Shown one piece after another: positions 40,573-43,218 of a DNA stretch of 43,218 nucleotides. Location of the stretch: IMG/VR virus record IMGVR_UViG_3300045241_000059, positions 1 to 43,218 of that record. One strand, written 5' to 3'. Origin of the DNA: a virus. The notes beneath the pieces are model-generated. The model was not told where the DNA came from. It was given only the letters and a program-made list of their open reading frames with translations, and searched no databases. A program made the translations under genes and the position numbers. Each line of letters begins with the position of its first letter. The stretch's first letter is position 1.

Positions 40573-41999
40573 TACGTTGCCCTCATGATCGAGCCCATTA
40601 CACGGCGCTGGTTGATGTATTTGGTGCCGCTGCGGTCAGTGCCGACTGCGCCTGGATCAACCTTCTCGACGTCCTGCGCCATCGGACCGATGTGCTGCGT
40701 GCTCGCTGGGTCGCCTTTGTAGGAGTACGTGTAGATCGGCAACTTCTTACGTTCGTCACTGTCGACGTCGCTGACGGCGAAGACCGTGCCCATCTTGTGG
40801 ATGTTCTCCTTGGCGCGGCGATCGGACAGCGCATACGCCTTGGCGACGTTGCCGCCCAACCCCAGGAGGCCTCCGAGCAGCGCTTGTTGCTGCTGGTTCT
40901 GGGCGTTGTAGTTTTGGAATTGTTGACTGAAGTTGGTGTTGATCAATCCCGCAATGTCGGTGGTCGGAATGCTGGTCTGCGGCGTGGTGACGAAGTTGGG
41001 CCGAGAGACCTGCGACCCCGACACCAGCGCATTGATCTCGTTGATGGGCTCTTGGCGCGTGGCATACTGCTCTTGCAGATAATTGGCGCGCCGCGCGTTC
41101 TCGGCGTTCAACGCCGCCTGCGCGTTCTGAGCATTCTGCAGTTGCCCAGCGTTCGCGAAGGTGCCGCGGCCGAGTGCTTGCTGGTAATTCTGTGCTTCCG
41201 CAGCGTTGGCAAACGTGCCGCGCCCTTGCGCTTCTTGGTAGGCTTGCTGTTGCGCCTCATTTTGGAATTGGGCCTGGGCCTTGGCCATCTCGGACATGCG
41301 CTGCTGTTCCGCGCCGCCCGCTGCCGTCACGGCCAGCCGCGCGTCGGTGGACTGCCTGTTAAAGTCGCTCATCGCCTGCTGGTAGGCCGGGGAGCCGTAG
41401 CGGATACCTTGATCGGCGAGCTGCTGCTCGAGGCGCGAGCGGTCGCGGTCGAGCTGTGGGCTCAGCCGACCAAAGAGCGCATCCTCGACGCGCTGGCGGT
41501 CGGCGGAAAAATTGTCGCTCGGGCCATAGCTTCGCGTGAGGTTGCCGGCGTCATCGAACGTGCTCTGCTGCGAGCCGGTGCCGCCGAACGTCGTCGCTGC
41601 ATTGGGCAGGCCGCTAATGCGCGAGGTGTCACCCGCCGCCGGCGCCTGTGACAGGTCGATAGGGTTTGCGAGCAGGTTACTAATATTGCCGCTCTGCGTC
41701 TTGGACAATGTCGCAAGATTGAGTTTTGCTCCCTCTGTTTGGTCCTGGATCGCCTGTTCGTTCGGCGTTAGCGTCTGCGTCGCCGTGAAGCGCGGGATGT
41801 TGTAGGTCTGGCCGGTCGATGGGTCGGTGAAAGTATAGGTCGACGATTGGTTGTAGGTCAGATCGCCCGTTGGCGTGCTCTGGTTGGTGTTGTTGAGAAA
41901 CGCGTTCGCAATTGCGGTCGAGACGTTAGCTGACGTCTGCGCACCGGCGACCGCAGTCGGGTTCGGCGGCTGAGGCGGGTCGGATTTGGTCGACATCAC
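40572..41999 (-). CDS. Q/N-rich virion protein with a C-terminal S74-like intramolecular chaperone domain
   Basis: Contains LSDRRAKENIHKMG...LPIYTYSYKGDPASTQHIGPMAQDVEKVDPGAV. Confidence 0.6.
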   Translation of the reverse strand: MMSTKSDPPQPPNPTAVAGAQTSANVSTAIANAFLNNTNQSTPTGDLTYNQSSTYTFTDPSTGQTYNIPRFTATQTLTPNEQAIQDQTEGAKLNLATLSKTQSGNISNLLANPIDLSQAPAAGDTSRISGLPNAATTFGGTGSQQSTFDDAGNLTRSYGPSDNFSADRQRVEDALFGRLSPQLDRDRSRLEQQLADQGIRYGSPAYQQAMSDFNRQSTDARLAVTAAGGAEQQRMSEMAKAQAQFQNEAQQQAYQEAQGRGTFANAAEAQNYQQALGRGTFANAGQLQNAQNAQAALNAENARRANYLQEQYATRQEPINEINALVSGSQVSRPNFVTTPQTSIPTTDIAGLINTNFSQQFQNYNAQNQQQQALLGGLLGLGGNVAKAYALSDRRAKENIHKMGTVFAVSDVDSDERKKLPIYTYSYKGDPASTQHIGPMAQDVEKVDPGAVGTDRSGTKYINQRRVMGSIMRAT

Positions 42000-42005
42000 G
42001 CGCTC

Positions 42006-42335
42006 CTAAAACTGTGGTGCAATTCCTGGCAGCCTGGCGGCGGACGAGTACGGCCCGCCGATTGGTCCCATCGGACCGCCTGGAGGCGGTGCGGTGCCGA
42101 ATGCCGCTGGCTGCAGGCCTGGCATTTGCCCCGCCATGCCGCCCACGGGTGCTTGCGGCGCCATCATGCCGCCAGGCTGCATCATGCCGCCTGGCGGTGT
42201 CTGGCCGCCCTGTTGCGCCATCGCTGGCGGCATCCCACCGGGAGGTTGATGGATGCCGCCTGGCGGCGGGTCGGTAATCTGGAGTAGTGCGCGCGTGATC
42301 GCGTCTTGCTGGGTACCGTCGTCGTAGGGCATCAC
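42006..42335 (-). CDS. P/G/M-rich low-complexity protein
   Basis: PPGGM, QPGGMM and PVGGMAG repeats. 109 aa. Confidence 0.45.
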   Translation of the reverse strand: MMPYDDGTQQDAITRALLQITDPPPGGIHQPPGGMPPAMAQQGGQTPPGGMMQPGGMMAPQAPVGGMAGQMPGLQPAAFGTAPPPGGPMGPIGGPYSSAARLPGIAPQF

Positions 42336-42829
42336 GCGGCCTCCTCAATCTGCATCTCTGGGAGATGGTGTCCGTATCGCCGACAGATCTTGTTGGCGGC
42401 CCAGTCGTCGTCGGTGAGCTCGCACAGCACGCCGTCGTTGTGACGACCATATAAGCGTGGCACTTTGATCAGCATGTAGCCGAAGGCAGCGAGCTGCCGC
42501 AGGATGTGCTCGTTGCCGGCATGCGTGCGCATGAACACCGTTTGACAGCGCAACTGCAGGAACGGGTATTGGTACATCAGCCGAAGCGTCATCGGCGTGA
42601 GCCAGCGGCAGCCTGGCAAGGCCGCGACCGACATCTCGATCGCGGCGCCTTCCCCAGGCGCCGGTTCTGGGTCGAAATTGTGATAGGCGATGCCGGCGAT
42701 CAGTTCGTCGTGCGCGTCGACCACACCGATAGCGGTGCATTTGCCAAACCCGCGATCCCGACAATGCGGGATCATGAGCGCGACAAAGTCCGCCACCAGG
42801 TCGTTTTGATCGAGCACGTAGCGCAGCAT
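42332..42829 (-). CDS. Putative GNAT-type acetyltransferase in the virion module
   Basis: 165 aa. The C-terminal half FMRTHAGNEHILRQLAAFGYMLIKVPRLYG...DGVLCELTDDDW is GNAT-like. Confidence 0.45.
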   Translation of the reverse strand: MLRYVLDQNDLVADFVALMIPHCRDRGFGKCTAIGVVDAHDELIAGIAYHNFDPEPAPGEGAAIEMSVAALPGCRWLTPMTLRLMYQYPFLQLRCQTVFMRTHAGNEHILRQLAAFGYMLIKVPRLYGRHNDGVLCELTDDDWAANKICRRYGHHLPEMQIEEAA

Positions 42830-42836
42830 TGATCAC

Positions 42837-43218
42837 CTAACTATCGTCATCGCCGCCACCGTCATCGTCACCGCCGTCGTCGTCGTCACCCTCACCTTCG
42901 CTAGTGCCACCACCTCCTCCGCCCTCGCCCTCGCTCTCGCCCTCGCTGGCGCCGAACCCACCCCCACCGGCCTCGCCCTCGCTGGCGCCGAACCCACCCC
43001 CACCGGCCTCGCCCTCGCTGGCGCCGAACCCGCCACCAAAAGCTTCACCCTCGCTGGTGCCAAAGCCGCCACCAAAAGCGTTGCCTTCGCCGGTGCCGAA
43101 ACCGCCACCAAAACCTTCGCCGTAGGCGTCGGGAGCACCATACGCCGCGGCCCCAAAGCCGCCGCCGAAGCCGAAGCCTGGCTGGGCATTGGCCGCCTCG
43201 TCTATTGGGCTAAGCTCG
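42837..43218 (-). CDS. C-terminal part of the glycine-rich protein (same gene as 1-948; 43092-43218 duplicates 1-127)
   Basis: In phase with the 948 ORF across the junction. Contains (A/T)SEGE(A)GGGGFG repeats, ends ...GDDDDGGDDDGGGDDDS, and stops at TAG 42839-42837. Confidence 0.6.
   Translation of the reverse strand, partial: ELSPIDEAANAQPGFGFGGGFGAAAYGAPDAYGEGFGGGFGTGEGNAFGGGFGTSEGEAFGGGFGASEGEAGGGGFGASEGEAGGGGFGASEGESEGEGGGGGGTSEGEGDDDDGGDDDGGGDDDS
42939..43031. repeat. 36-bp in-frame tandem repeat (about 2.6 copies) inside the glycine-rich gene
   Basis: 42939-42974 and 42975-43010 are identical. A third copy diverges after about 20 nt, and degenerate related units follow. Confidence 0.85.
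43092..43218. repeat. Terminal overlap, identical to 1-127
   Basis: Direct comparison of the two ends. Confidence 0.95.

Noticed and set aside
42939-43031. Tandem 36-bp repeats as a possible CRISPR-like array.
   Set aside because: The units are contiguous with no spacers. They are in frame and encode a repeated peptide.
43092-43218. The 127-bp terminal direct repeat as a physical phage DTR or a mobile-element LTR.
   Set aside because: The repeat is exact and falls in the middle of a continuous ORF, which fits an assembly overlap of a circular molecule better. It cannot be fully excluded without read termini.

Overview
The window is one complete, circularly closed phage or prophage genome. 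Positions 1-127 are identical to 43092-43218, which gives a unit length of 43,091 bp. The join falls inside a gene, so the repeat looks like an assembly overlap rather than physical ends. The DNA is GC-rich. A GcrA-like regulator points to an alphaproteobacterial host, and a tyrosine integrase, an excisionase and a CI/Cro-like pair indicate a temperate lifestyle.

Most genes are on the minus strand.
- Packaging and virion block (14460 down to 1, continuing through the junction from 43091 down to 35666): TerS, TerL, portal, Ig-like proteins, scaffold, major capsid, adaptor/nozzle-like proteins, low-complexity and internal proteins including a SleB-like hydrolase, and a tail fibre. The order is podovirus (T7-like), and no tape measure or tail tube gene is present.
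- Integration, recombination and early block (25569 down to 14919): small early genes, a 2OG-Fe(II) oxygenase with an HD-like partner, a YqaJ exonuclease, RecT, xis and int.
- Plus-strand accessory operon (26475-30414).
- Leftward immunity and replication block (35004 down to 31396): Cro-like, GcrA-like, VRR-NUC and an initiator gene with an internal origin-like array.

Most notable observations:
- An intein in TerL whose HNH endonuclease ORF sits in the -1 frame relative to the splicing domains.
- A family of intergenic CCGCAAA motifs, several displayed in hairpin loops, spread through the early operon.
- A 1.1-kb non-coding segment containing a GC-rich, probably structured element.
- A CTACA-N3-TGTAG operator set at three loci.
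- A stand-alone RNA polymerase alpha-CTD-like gene inside the structural module.

I found no tRNA, rRNA, CRISPR array, reverse transcriptase or recognisable endolysin/holin cassette.
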